A DNA stretch of 64,000 bases from an uncultured Acidobacteriota bacterium (GTDB lineage Bacteria > Acidobacteriota > UBA6911): assembly GCA_963827655.1 (NCBI GenBank), contig CAWHCF010000023.1:32001-96000 (forward strand), read 5' to 3'. Positions within the stretch are counted from its first letter, which is position 1. Every line of letters begins with the position of its first letter. This document shows positions 53,308 to 63,481 of the stretch, piece after piece. The notes beneath the pieces were generated by a model. It ran no database searches, was not told the origin of the DNA, and saw nothing but the letters and a program-made list of their open reading frames with translations. The translations under genes and the position numbers were made by a program.

Positions 53308-53470
53308 GCCTCTCCGTTGAGCGCAAGAGCATTCGGGCTAGAATCGGGATTTGATTGTACGGGCAACGAGTCCAGGACGCGTTTCTTTGAAGCGCGCGCG
53401 AGCAAACGGCCTGCAAGCTGCCGCTTTAGTAATACGACGTTGATCGCTCGGCGTTTCCGTTTGGGTTCAT

Positions 53471-53547
53471 TGGAGTGCGGCAGCTCTGCTATCGCATTGG
53501 CTGTGCGAAGCTTGCTTCGCCTGGCGCAAGCAAGCTAGCGCGCTCCA
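53471..53547. repeat. TGGAGTGCG...CGCGCTCCA REP-like palindromic element
   Basis: Terminal inverted repeats at 53471 and 53539 with internal hairpin GCGAAGCTTGCTTCGC. Confidence 0.55.
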
Positions 53548-53581
53548 CGGGGGCCGCCTGGTTCCGCGTATAATAGCCGTC

Positions 53582-55123
53582 ATGCGCCTCGCCGGTCTGG
53601 TGGAAGTGGTCAGCAAGATTCGGTCCACCACAAAAAAGACGGAGAAGGTTGCCCTGCTTGCTGACTTTATTCGCCAGACTCAGGGCGACGAGACGGAACT
53701 GGCGGCACTCTATCTGTCGGGCGTGCTGCGGCAAGGCAAGATCGGCGCCGGCTGGCGCATGATCCAAGGCGCCATGGTCGAAGGTCCGCCTGCCGGAGAG
53801 ACGTTGACATTGACGGAAGCAGACCGCGCCTTCGATGTAATAGCGGCAGAACAAGGCCCTGGCTCGACCGAGCGGAAAATCGGCGCACTGCGCAGGCTCT
53901 TCGAATCGGTCAGCCCCGACGAACGCCGTTTTCTCGCGCAACTGGTGATGGGTGAAATACGGCAAGGCGCGCTCGAAGGCCTGGTGCTCGATGCCATCGC
54001 CAAGGCTTCTACCATTCCTTCCAGCCAGGTGCGCCAGGCGATGATGTTCTCCGGCAACATCGGCGAGGTAGCCCGCGCTGCATTGCACGAAGGAACGGCT
54101 GGACTCTCCCGGTTTTCACTGCGGCTCTTTACGCCCGTCGCGCCCATGCTCGCCCACAGCGCCGAAGATGTGGCGGAGAGCCTTTCGCGCCTGGGGGGAG
54201 CGGCGTTCGAATTCAAGTTCGATGGCGCGCGCATCCAGGTGCATAAGAGCGCGGACGACATTCGGATCTTCACGCGGCAGCTCCAGGACGTGACTGGGCG
54301 CTTGCCGGAGGTAGTGGAGTGGGCGCGGGCCTGGCCGATCCGGGAGGCCGTTCTGGAAGGCGAAGCGATCGCTCTGCGGCCGGATGGACGACCTCTTCCA
54401 TTTCAGATTACGATGCGGCGGCTCGGCCGAATCAGGGACGTGGAGGCGGTCCGCCGCGAGATTCCGCTGTCCTCTTTCTTCTTTGATTGCCTGCACCTGG
54501 AAGGCGACGGCCCCTTGATAGCAAGGCCCTATCACAAACGCATGCAGGTCTTGACCGCAATCGTGCCGCCGGCTGCCCAAGCCCCGCGAATTGTAACCAG
54601 CCGGCAGGATGAGGCTGAAAGCTTTCTCCAGAAGGCGCTCGCTGCAGGGCATGAAGGATTGATGGCCAAGTCGCTTGACGCACCTTATGTCGCAGGCCAG
54701 CGTGGTTTTCACTGGCTCAAGCTGAAAGCGGCTACGACACTGGATCTCGTGGTGCTCGCGGCGGAATGGGGACACGGGCGGCGCTCCGGTTGGCTCTCGA
54801 ACCTTCATCTCGGCGCGCGAGATCCGGAGAGCGGGAAGTTTGTGATGCTCGGAAAAACTTTTAAAGGCCTCACCGACGAAATGCTTCGGTGGCAAACAGC
54901 GAAACTCTCTTCTCTGGAAACGAGCCGCGATAATTGGACGGTCTACGTACGACCGGAATTGGTGGTTGAGGTCGCGTTCAGCGACATCCAGGAGTCGCCA
55001 CGCTATCCGGCCGGCCTGGCGCTCCGCTTCGCGCGTGTCAAGCGCCACCGGCCCGATAAGACCGGCGGCGAAGCCGATACCATCCAGACCGTCATGGCGC
55101 TGTTCCAGAAACAACGGGAATAA
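53582..55123 (+). CDS. lig: ATP-dependent DNA ligase (LigB/archaeal-like)
   Basis: EFKFDGARIQVHK (motif I), EGEA, FDCL, EGLMAK, WLKLK, LRFARV; TATAAT 7 nt before ATG. Confidence 0.93.
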   Translation: MRLAGLVEVVSKIRSTTKKTEKVALLADFIRQTQGDETELAALYLSGVLRQGKIGAGWRMIQGAMVEGPPAGETLTLTEADRAFDVIAAEQGPGSTERKIGALRRLFESVSPDERRFLAQLVMGEIRQGALEGLVLDAIAKASTIPSSQVRQAMMFSGNIGEVARAALHEGTAGLSRFSLRLFTPVAPMLAHSAEDVAESLSRLGGAAFEFKFDGARIQVHKSADDIRIFTRQLQDVTGRLPEVVEWARAWPIREAVLEGEAIALRPDGRPLPFQITMRRLGRIRDVEAVRREIPLSSFFFDCLHLEGDGPLIARPYHKRMQVLTAIVPPAAQAPRIVTSRQDEAESFLQKALAAGHEGLMAKSLDAPYVAGQRGFHWLKLKAATTLDLVVLAAEWGHGRRSGWLSNLHLGARDPESGKFVMLGKTFKGLTDEMLRWQTAKLSSLETSRDNWTVYVRPELVVEVAFSDIQESPRYPAGLALRFARVKRHRPDKTGGEADTIQTVMALFQKQRE

Positions 55124-55163
55124 ACCCTTTGCGCCTCCGTCCTGGAGCTGCGAGTTTCTCGGA

Positions 55164-56150
55164 TTAAAATGTTTGAGAGAGGAAGGCGAGCGATTCCGGA
55201 AGATGCGAGGCTACCAGAGCCCAGCCATGGGGCTCACCCGGATACTCCTTGAACGAATGCGCCACACTCGCCTCTGTCAGGGCCCGATCGAGCGCTTTCA
55301 CGCCCTGGTCCAGGCGAATGCTCTGGTTGTAACGATCCCCGGTCCCGTAATCGAAGTGGATCTTCAGCTTTTCCAGCTTGCCGCTCCTGGCCAGGAGCAA
55401 AGGATTGTTAGCGTCCCAAAGCTCCTGCCGGATCGGGTCCCCAAACAGAGGCCGCAGGATGTTCACGAAAAACTGGTAGTAGCGCGACCCCTTCATCTCG
55501 TCTGGAACATCCAGGGGGTTCTTGCCTAGAAAAATAATGGGCGAATGCCCGACCGTGGCGGCATAGCGATCGGGAAACTTCATCGCGATCTTCAGCGCGC
55601 CGAACCCACCCATGGAAGTCCCCCCTATGGCGCGGTTCTCACGCCCTCTTTTCGCGCGATAGCCTGATTCAACGTAATCGACCAGCTCCTGGGTCACGAA
55701 ATCTTCGTATCTCTTGCTGCCGTCGGCGTAGTTGCAATAGAAGCTGTTGTCTGCCTTGGGATGCACCATGATGATCTCGGGCAATTTCTTGGCCAGGATC
55801 ATTTCTTCCAGCTTGTTCTGGAGGTTGCCGTACCGGTCGACGGTCCAGCTGGTGTGATCGTTGTTCAATCCGTGAAGGAAGTAGATCACAGGATAGGTTC
55901 GCGAGGATTCCTTTGAATAGGACGGCGGCAGAAAAATGCTATAGGGTTGATTCGTGCCCAGCAACTGCGAGTTCATCGACTTGAATTCGACCACCGATCC
56001 GCCCGGCAGCGGAATCGATGCCAGCTCCCCTCTTCTCCGCTCTTCGCCGAACTGCGCCTGGACTGGCCGCAACAGTTGCAGGGAAGCTATGGCTACCAGG
56101 ACAAGAACGGATGCCTTGGCAATATTTCGGTCACGGCTCGCGCTAGTCAT
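55164..56150 (-). CDS. Exported esterase (alpha/beta hydrolase, PF00756-like)
   Basis: YPVIYFLHG, GTSMGGFGA, GEPHGW. Confidence 0.88.
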   Translation of the reverse strand: MTSASRDRNIAKASVLVLVAIASLQLLRPVQAQFGEERRRGELASIPLPGGSVVEFKSMNSQLLGTNQPYSIFLPPSYSKESSRTYPVIYFLHGLNNDHTSWTVDRYGNLQNKLEEMILAKKLPEIIMVHPKADNSFYCNYADGSKRYEDFVTQELVDYVESGYRAKRGRENRAIGGTSMGGFGALKIAMKFPDRYAATVGHSPIIFLGKNPLDVPDEMKGSRYYQFFVNILRPLFGDPIRQELWDANNPLLLARSGKLEKLKIHFDYGTGDRYNQSIRLDQGVKALDRALTEASVAHSFKEYPGEPHGWALVASHLPESLAFLSQTF

Positions 56151-56280
56151 CAAATGTTCTCCTTGGAACAACAATCGACTGCCGGCAAAGGCGCAACTGC
56201 TCAATCTTTGGGTGCCCAGTATAGACCAAAGGTCACCGCCAATCACTTTCTCTGACCGCCATTGAGCGGCGCGCCGCCTA

Positions 56281-57312
56281 CTACCTCTTGAAATTCGCGA
56301 TGATTGCCCGCGCGACTTCGTCGGTCGTAGCCTTACCGCCCAGGTCCGGGGTAAGGGTTTTCCCCTCGCGCAAGACTTGCCGCACCGAACGGTCGATTCG
56401 GGCTGCCATCTTGCTCAGTTTCACGAACTCCAGCATCAAAATGGCCGAGCGCAGCAAAGCAATCGGGTTGGCGATTCCCTTCCCGGCGATGTCCGGGGCG
56501 GTCCCATGCACGGCCTCGAATATGCCGCAACCGTCACCATAGTTAACCCCGGGTACGACTCCCAGGCCCCCAACCAGGCCTGCTGCCAGATCCGACATGA
56601 TGTCACCATAAAGATTCTCGAGCAGCATGACATCGAAGTGCTCCGGCCGCGAGATGAGCTGCATGCAAGCGTTATCGACGATGTATTCGTCGCACTTGAT
56701 TCCAGGATAGTGGCCGGCCACATCACGGCAGGCCTGCAGGAAGAGACCGTCGCTCATTTTCATGATGTTCGCCTTGTGAATTACCGTTATCTTCTCGCGC
56801 CGCGCGCGCCGGGCAAATTTGAAGGCGAAATGGGCGATCCGCTCGGTGGCTTTTCGAGTGATGATCTTGAGGCTCTCCACCACTCCTGGAACGACCTCGT
56901 GCTCTATTCCCGAATAGAGCCCTTCGGTATTCTCTCGTATGACGACGAGGTCCAACCCGCTCCATTTTGAGGGAATCCCTTCCAGGCTCTGAATCGGACG
57001 AAAGTTGGCATAAAGGTTGAAGTGCTGGCGCAGGGTGACGTTTACACTCTTGTAGCCTGTGCCGATCGGTGTTTTCAACGGACCCTTGAGCGCGACACGG
57101 CTTCGCGTGATGGATTCGATCAGATCGGGAGGGAGCGGAGTGCCCAACTTTTCCAGAGCGGCATCGCCGGCGAGAACGGTTTCCCACTTCGGGCGAAACC
57201 CAGCCGCCTCGAGGACCTTGACCACGGCTCGGGTTATTTCGACGCCGATCCCATCTCCGGGAATCAAGGTGACTACCGAACCGAGCCGAGCCTTAGCCTT
57301 GCGATTCTTCAA
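56281..57312 (-). CDS. icd: Isocitrate/isopropylmalate dehydrogenase family, NAD-IDH-like
   Basis: IPGDGIG, SVNVTLR, RENTEGLY, HKANIMK, NLYGDIMSD, EAVHGTAPDIAGK. Confidence 0.85.
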   Translation of the reverse strand: MKNRKAKARLGSVVTLIPGDGIGVEITRAVVKVLEAAGFRPKWETVLAGDAALEKLGTPLPPDLIESITRSRVALKGPLKTPIGTGYKSVNVTLRQHFNLYANFRPIQSLEGIPSKWSGLDLVVIRENTEGLYSGIEHEVVPGVVESLKIITRKATERIAHFAFKFARRARREKITVIHKANIMKMSDGLFLQACRDVAGHYPGIKCDEYIVDNACMQLISRPEHFDVMLLENLYGDIMSDLAAGLVGGLGVVPGVNYGDGCGIFEAVHGTAPDIAGKGIANPIALLRSAILMLEFVKLSKMAARIDRSVRQVLREGKTLTPDLGGKATTDEVARAIIANFKR

Positions 57313-57622
57313 GGTTCCCCTCCAGATCTACTTCAATGCGAATGGTTCCGCCGGGGTCGATGTCCTTGAGATGCTGTATCATTCCCCGGATCGTATCGCG
57401 GACCATAATCTCGGCAAAACCCTGACTCTTGTCGAGCGGGACCGGAGTCTGATCAACTCTAAGCTCTATCAGATCTCCCTTCAGAATAAAATCTATATGG
57501 CTGGTGAAGCGCGGAGTCTTGAGGGAACTTACGATGGCCTGGCAAACATTCGCCGTGAATTTAGAGACAAAGGGCTTCACCTCGGTCTCGGACCCATTGC
57601 AATAGAGGCGCACGCGCGTCAT
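57293..57622 (-). CDS. Small hypothetical protein with internal duplication
   Basis: Two similar halves (LYCNGSETEVKPFVSKFTANVCQAIVSSLK and LRVDQTPVPLDKSQGFAEIMVRDTIRGMIQHLK); overlaps icd start. Confidence 0.65.
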   Translation of the reverse strand: MTRVRLYCNGSETEVKPFVSKFTANVCQAIVSSLKTPRFTSHIDFILKGDLIELRVDQTPVPLDKSQGFAEIMVRDTIRGMIQHLKDIDPGGTIRIEVDLEGNLEESQG

Positions 57623-57668
57623 CGCGCTATTCTACCAGAGTGCACAGGCACTTTCGTGCCCCCTCGAT

Positions 57669-58622
57669 CAGGCGCATCCGCTGGGCAAGTTCAGTGTCAG
57701 TCATTTCGCGCGTCTTGCAATTGGAACCGAGAGTATCGGGTTGCGCTATGTCGTCGATATGGCGGAGATTTCCACGTTTCAAGAATTGGAAAGAATTGAT
57801 ACGGATGGCGACAGGTCTTTTTCAAAAGCCGAATACGACGCTTACTCCGAGGTCGTGGGAAGGCAATTCGCAGACAATCTATGGAATACTGTTGACGGCT
57901 CGCGCGTGCCGTTGCGAGTAAGCGCGAGGAAAGTCAGCGTGCCGCGCGGCGATGGCGGACTGCCGATCCTGCGCATCGAGTGCGATTTCACGGGCGATTT
58001 TCCTCGGTCCGGCTCTGGCACGGCCCGCCGGCTACGCCTGGAAGATACGAACAGACCCGATCGCAGCGGCTGGCGTGAGTTGGTGGTAAAGCCGGAGGCC
58101 GGCGTCACGGTTTTTGATAGTACGGCTTTTGGTAATGGAATCACGGACGAGCTGAAAGCTTATCCGCAAGACGGGGTTTCCGCGCCGCTTAACAAAAGGA
58201 CCGCGGAGATGTCGTTTACTGGAGGGGAAATTCCGTCGGGCGTTGCGCCGCCCCGCATGCGGGACAGCCGTCCAGTCGAGACGAAAGAGCGCGACCGTCT
58301 GGCTGAGCTGATTGGAGTCCGCGACCTGACGTGGCCGAGAGCGCTGTTTGGATTGTTGATTGCTGCGATGCTGGGGGGCCTGCATGCGCTCTCGCCAGGA
58401 CATGGCAAGGCCGTGGTCGGCGCCTATCTGGTCGGGTCGCGCGGCACTCCGAAACACGCAGCTTTCCTCGGCCTGACGGTGACCGTTACGCATACAGCAG
58501 GCGTCTTCGCCCTGGGACTGGTTACGCTGCTCGGATCACACTACGTAGCGCCGATCGTCGTTCGAGCAGCTACTCCGACTGATGAATCGGACCCCTCGAT
58601 TGCCATCGCGGCTCCACTCTAA
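57669..58622 (+). pseudogene. Truncated Ni/Co transporter (RcnA/HoxN-like)
   Basis: AHPLGKFSV N-terminal motif without start or signal; HALSPGHGK and TVTHTAGV; stops before the His-rich loop and remaining TMs. Confidence 0.7.
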
Positions 58623-58641
58623 TATTCTCGTCGACTCGACT

Positions 58642-58689
58642 CTGTTCAGGCTTTTTTATTGAACAGGCAACTTCAAAAAAGACTGAACA
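58642..58689. promoter_or_regulatory. Palindromic operator-like site upstream of TonB receptor
   Basis: CTGTTCA-N11-TGAACAG plus a second TGAACA at 58684 in an AT-rich tract. Confidence 0.45.
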
Positions 58690-58725
58690 AAATCGAGCCC
58701 CCGGGGATGTATCTCAGGGATTCGC

Positions 58726-61497
58726 ATGCATCGTAACAGCCGTTGCCTCATGGGATCAACGCTTCCACGTGCTTTGACCCTGTTGTGCTTCGCCTGGACC
58801 ATTTCGGCGTTGCCGGTGTTCGGCCAGCGTTCCGCAGGTGAGGTTCGCCTGGAAGTAAAGGACCCGTCCGGAGCGGCCGTGGAGGCCAGCGGGACGCTGG
58901 AGAACCTGGCGGTGGGAGCGAACCAACCATTTCAGACAGACGCTGAGGGCCGGCATGTGTTCAGAAACCTGGTTTATGGCCGTTACCGGTTGCAAGTCTC
59001 GAGGGCCGGATTCGCCACACAATACCTTTCTTTGAACGTGCAGTCTGATGAACCCGTCTTGAGCACCGTTGTGCTCGCGTTATCAGCACCGGCCTTCCAG
59101 GTCGACGTCGCGGGAACTACGCCGCTTCCCGGTGTGGATCGCTCGCTCGATGAGATCCCCGCTCCGGTCCAGGCCGCGACCGCCAGCGATATAGAGCAGA
59201 GCGGAGCACTCGATCTCTCTGATTTTCTGAACCGGCGTATGAACGGCGTGTACCTGAATGAAGTGCAGGGAAACCCGATTCAGCCGGATTTGAACTATCG
59301 TGGATACACGGCTTCTCCACTGCTCGGAACACCCCAGGGCATTTCGGTATACATGGACGGAGTGCGTCTGAACCAGCCCTTTGGTGATGTGGTAAGCTGG
59401 GATCTGATCCCGCGCATCGCCATCTCGGAAACCACGCTGATCCCGGGGTCGAGCCCGTTGTTCGGGTTGAACACCCTGGGCGCCGCGATCTCAATCCAGA
59501 CCAAGGACGGCCGGAGCCATACGGGTACCTCGCTGGAGCTGAGCGGCGGGAGTTTCGGGCGCGGGGCGGCGGAGTTTGAGCACGGCGGTTTGAACTCGAA
59601 AGGATTGAACTGGTACCTGGCGGGGAATCTTCTGTTCGAAGACGGATGGCGTGAATCCTCGCCTTCGAACGTCCGCCAGTTCTTTGGCAACGTCGGCTGG
59701 CAAGACTCCAAAACTGTCCTGGGCCTGACCGTGGGGTACGCGAACAACTCGCTGATAGGTAATGGACTTCAGGAACAGCGCTTCCTCGCCGGTGACTACA
59801 GTAGTGTGTATACCAAGCCGGACAATACCGCCAACCTGGCTCCCTTCGTCAATCTCAGAGTTGCGTCACAGCCCGAGCAGCAGATTGACGTTCTCGAGTA
59901 ATGTTTATTATCGCTATATCCGCACCAACACGTTGAACGGCGACATAAACGAGGACTCGCTGGATCAGGCGGTTTACCAGCCAAACGCCGAGGAACGCGC
60001 CGCCCTGACGGCGGCAGGATACACGGGGTTTCCCGTCGCCGGCGAAAATGCCGCCAACACGCCCTTCCCATTCTGGCGCTGCATCGCACAATCCCTGCTG
60101 CGTGATGAACCGGCGGAGAAATGCAATGGCCTTCTGAATCGCTCCAACACGAAGCAGCAAAACTTCGGCTTCTCGGGACAGATGAGCTGGTTTGGCCCGC
60201 TGGGCGGCAAACCCCATCAATTCACGGCGGGTGCGGCTTACGATCGGAGCACGGTGGATTTCGTTCAGTCGTTGCAGCTGGGCTATCTGAATCCCGACCG
60301 CAGCGTCACGGGTGTGGCCTCGTTCGCCGATGGCGTTACCGGCGGCGATGAAGACGGAGTGCCGTTCGACACGCGGGTCGATCTGGGCGGGGAGATTGAT
60401 ACCGGGAGCGTGTACGCCACCGATACGCTTTCCTACCGCAATGCCTGGAATGTTGTGCTGTCCGGGCGGTACAATCGCAGCTCGATTCAGAATCGCGACC
60501 GCATCCGGCCCCTTGCCGGTACGGGTTCGCTCACCGGTGATCACGTGTTCGAGAGATTCAACCCCGACGCAGGAGTGACTTTCAGAGGGGCGGACTGGTT
60601 CAACCTCTTTGCGAGATACAGTGAGGGCAGCCGCGCGCCCAGCTCCATCGAGCTCGGCTGTGCCGATCCGGAACAGCCGTGCAAGCTTCCCAACGCCATG
60701 GCGGGCGACCCTCCTCTCGATCAGGTGGTTACCAGGACCGTTGAATCGGGTGTGCGAGGCGGACTGGAACGGAATCTGAGATGGAACTTCGCGTGGTTCC
60801 GCTCGGATAACCGCAAGGATATTCTCTTCGTGACGTCAGAACAGAGCGGCTTCGGTTACTTCAAGAACATCTCCAAGACGCTCCGGCAAGGATTCCAGGT
60901 CGACATTAACAGCCGCATATCGCGGGTCAATTTTGGAGGCGGGTACACGTTTCTCGATGCAACGTTCCAGAGCGAAGAACAGGTCAACGGAACGGGGAAC
61001 AGCACTAATGAAGAAGCCGAAGACGGCATCCCGGGCGTCGAGGGCACGATCGAGATCGAGCCGGGCAATCGGATTCCACTCAGCCCCCGGCACATGTTCA
61101 AGGCCTACGCCGATATCGAAGTCGCCTCAAAATTGCTGGTTGACTGGGGCCTGGTCGCCAGCTCGAGTTCTTATGCCCGCGGCAATGAAAACAATTTGCA
61201 TCAAGCCGACGGCACCTACTATCTTGGGCCGGGAACATCACCCGGCTATGCCATAGTCAACCTGGGAGCGCGTTACCAGGTGCACAGGCGGCTGGACCTG
61301 TTCGTCCGAATCAATAATTTGTTTGATCGGCAATACGACACGGCCGCACAACTCGGTCCGACCGGATTTACAGATACAGGCAATTTCATTGCGCGCCCTT
61401 CCCGGCGGTCAATGGAGAATTCCCGGTCCAGCAAGCGACCTTTTTCGCGCCGGGCGCGCCCAGGGGCGCCTGGGGTGGAATCAGACTCCGGTTCTGA
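58726..61497 (+). CDS. TonB-dependent receptor (frameshifted near 59860 and 61400)
   Basis: Plug [27 protein letters not shown]; NNLFDRQY; C-terminal GGIRLRF. Confidence 0.88.
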
Positions 61498-61526
61498 CCG
61501 TCAGGTTGAGGCTCGAGGCAAACCAT

Positions 61527-62612
61527 ATGGCAAAGACCACGCTGTTTTCACTCATCTCGTTTGTCGCTTTCCTGTCGGGTTGCGGTACGGCGACAGTGAC
61601 CAAAGAGACGGCCAAGGCGCCGAAGCCGGAAGGCATGTACCGCATATACGTCACAAACGAGTCCTCAGGTGATCTGAGCATCATCGATTCAGCGCGAGCA
61701 TGAGGTCATCGCCACGGTAAAGCTGGGAAAACGTCCCCGGGGCATTCACGCCAGCCCGGACGGGAAGACGATTTACGTCGCGTTGAGCGGGTCCCCATGG
61801 CTCCGCCCGGCGTTGACGAAAGTAAACTCCCGCCGCCCGATCGCAGCGCCGACGGGGTCGGCGTTTTCGATGTGGAAACCCACCGGCTGGTACGGGTCAT
61901 CGCGTCGGGGAACGACCCGGAGGAGTTCGACCTGAGCAAGGACGGCAAGCTGCTCTATGTATCCAACGAGGACGCTGCCAAGCGTCAGCATTGTCGATTC
62001 GCGGCGGGCAGGGTGATCCATGAACTGCCGGTCGGCGAGGAGCCGGAAGGAGTGACGACGAGCCCGGACGGCAAGTTCGTGTACGTAACCTCCGAGGACG
62101 ATGGCGCGATCTTAGTTATTGACACGGCTGCCGCCAAGGTGGTCAAGAGCTTCAAGGTAGGGTTGCGTCCGCGCGACGTGGCGTTCCTGCCCAATGGGAC
62201 CAAAGCCTACGTGACCCGGGAGAATGACGGGAAGGTAGGTGTGATCGATGCGGTGAAACATGCACCCATGGGCGAAATCGAGTTGGCCGCCACTGGAGAT
62301 AACGCCAAATCCCCAGGGGTTGAGATCAAGCCGATGGCAGTGACGCTGTCACCCGATGGCACAAAAGCCTACGTCAGCACCGGCCGCGGGAAGAGAGTCT
62401 TTGTCGTTGATACCGCTCGGGACAAGATCCTCTCGTCGTTCGAAGTCGGCCAGCGGCCCTGGGGCATCGGAGTCTCTCCGGACGGCAAAATGCTCTATAG
62501 CGCCAATGGGCCGAGCAATGACGTCTCCGTGGTAGACCTCGCAACAGAGCGGGTAATAAAGAAGATCAAAGTCTCCGATCGGCCGTGGGGCATACTCGTG
62601 TTGGCTCGGTGA
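61527..62612 (+). CDS. YVTN beta-propeller lipoprotein (PQQ-catabolism-associated-like; frameshifted)
   Basis: Lipobox LSGC; [35 protein letters not shown]. Confidence 0.82.
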
Positions 62613-62628
62613 GACGCATCGGACCTAG

Positions 62629-62689
62629 AGAAGTCAGAAATCAGAAGTCAGAATTAAGAAGTCGGTGCCGATGCTGACTTCTGAATTCT
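62629..62689. repeat. Heptamer array AGAAGTC x5 with inverted copy
   Basis: agaagtc agaaatc agaagtc agaatta agaagtc ... gacttctgaattct between convergent genes. Confidence 0.75.
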
Positions 62690-62750
62690 TGCTTGGAGCT
62701 CGCCTGGACTCACAACCGGCTGCAGCCGTCCGAAGTTTCAGCCGCGAAGA

Positions 62751-63188
62751 TCAGGGTATCAGATGCAGCCCGACAAGACGGGCGATCTCTCGGAGCCGCG
62801 CGTCGGTTGCCACGAGTTCCGTAATCTTGCTCGACAACGCCGTAGAGATGTGAATCACATCCAGGCTTCGCATCAAGACCGGCTGCGATAAGCGATACTC
62901 TCTCCTCACGAGCTTTTCGGCTTCGGCTTCAACATCCTGACTGTAGGGAATTGTCAGAATCCTGCCGGCCTTCACGTCAGACTTGAACTTCTGGTATATC
63001 GGCTTCGCTCCGCCCGGTTTCAGTGCGCGAGCCTGCTCCTTCCGATACAGCACACAGAGCACCTCTGTGGCCACTATTGCCGACGAGACGATGGGTTCGT
63101 CCGTGTTGCCGAGCAGTTGCAGGAAATAAGGAGAGTCGACTTCAGCGACGTAGAGCTTGACGAGGGCGGAGGTGTCCCAGTAGCTCAT
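62751..63188 (-). CDS. vapC: VapC PIN toxin
   Basis: YWDTSALVKLY, MRSLDVIHISTA, ATDARL. Confidence 0.9.
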   Translation of the reverse strand: MSYWDTSALVKLYVAEVDSPYFLQLLGNTDEPIVSSAIVATEVLCVLYRKEQARALKPGGAKPIYQKFKSDVKAGRILTIPYSQDVEAEAEKLVRREYRLSQPVLMRSLDVIHISTALSSKITELVATDARLREIARLVGLHLIP

Positions 63189-63191
63189 GTC

Positions 63192-63446
63192 TCACCTGCG
63201 GTCTTCGCGGTTTTCAGACAGGATCTCGTCGACCGTCGGATGAACCGCACGGCGGCCGTAAGATTTATGAAGTCTACGCAATTCTTGCACCCAGAGCGTC
63301 CTGTTTGAAGCCCGCGTGGGGGCCGTCGCACGGGTCAATCTGGCTTTGATCTTTCCCCGCACGCTGATCAACACGTCCTGGCCGTGGCCGGCCAGGTCCA
63401 CCAGTTCGGAGAGCTTGGCTTTACTTTCCCTCAACGTCTTGATCAT
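63192..63446 (-). CDS. Phd/YefM antitoxin
   Basis: TLRESKAKLSELVDLAGHGQDVLISVRGKIKARL. Confidence 0.9.
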   Translation of the reverse strand: MIKTLRESKAKLSELVDLAGHGQDVLISVRGKIKARLTRATAPTRASNRTLWVQELRRLHKSYGRRAVHPTVDEILSENREDRR

Positions 63447-63452
63447 GTGACC

Positions 63453-63481
63453 ATTGTAGTCATCTCGTCCGATCAGGTCAA
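63453..63481 (-). promoter_or_regulatory. Sigma70 promoter, probably leaderless
   Basis: TTGACC-N17-TACAAT, ATG 6 nt downstream; TGACCA/TAGTCA operator-like symmetry. Confidence 0.7.
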
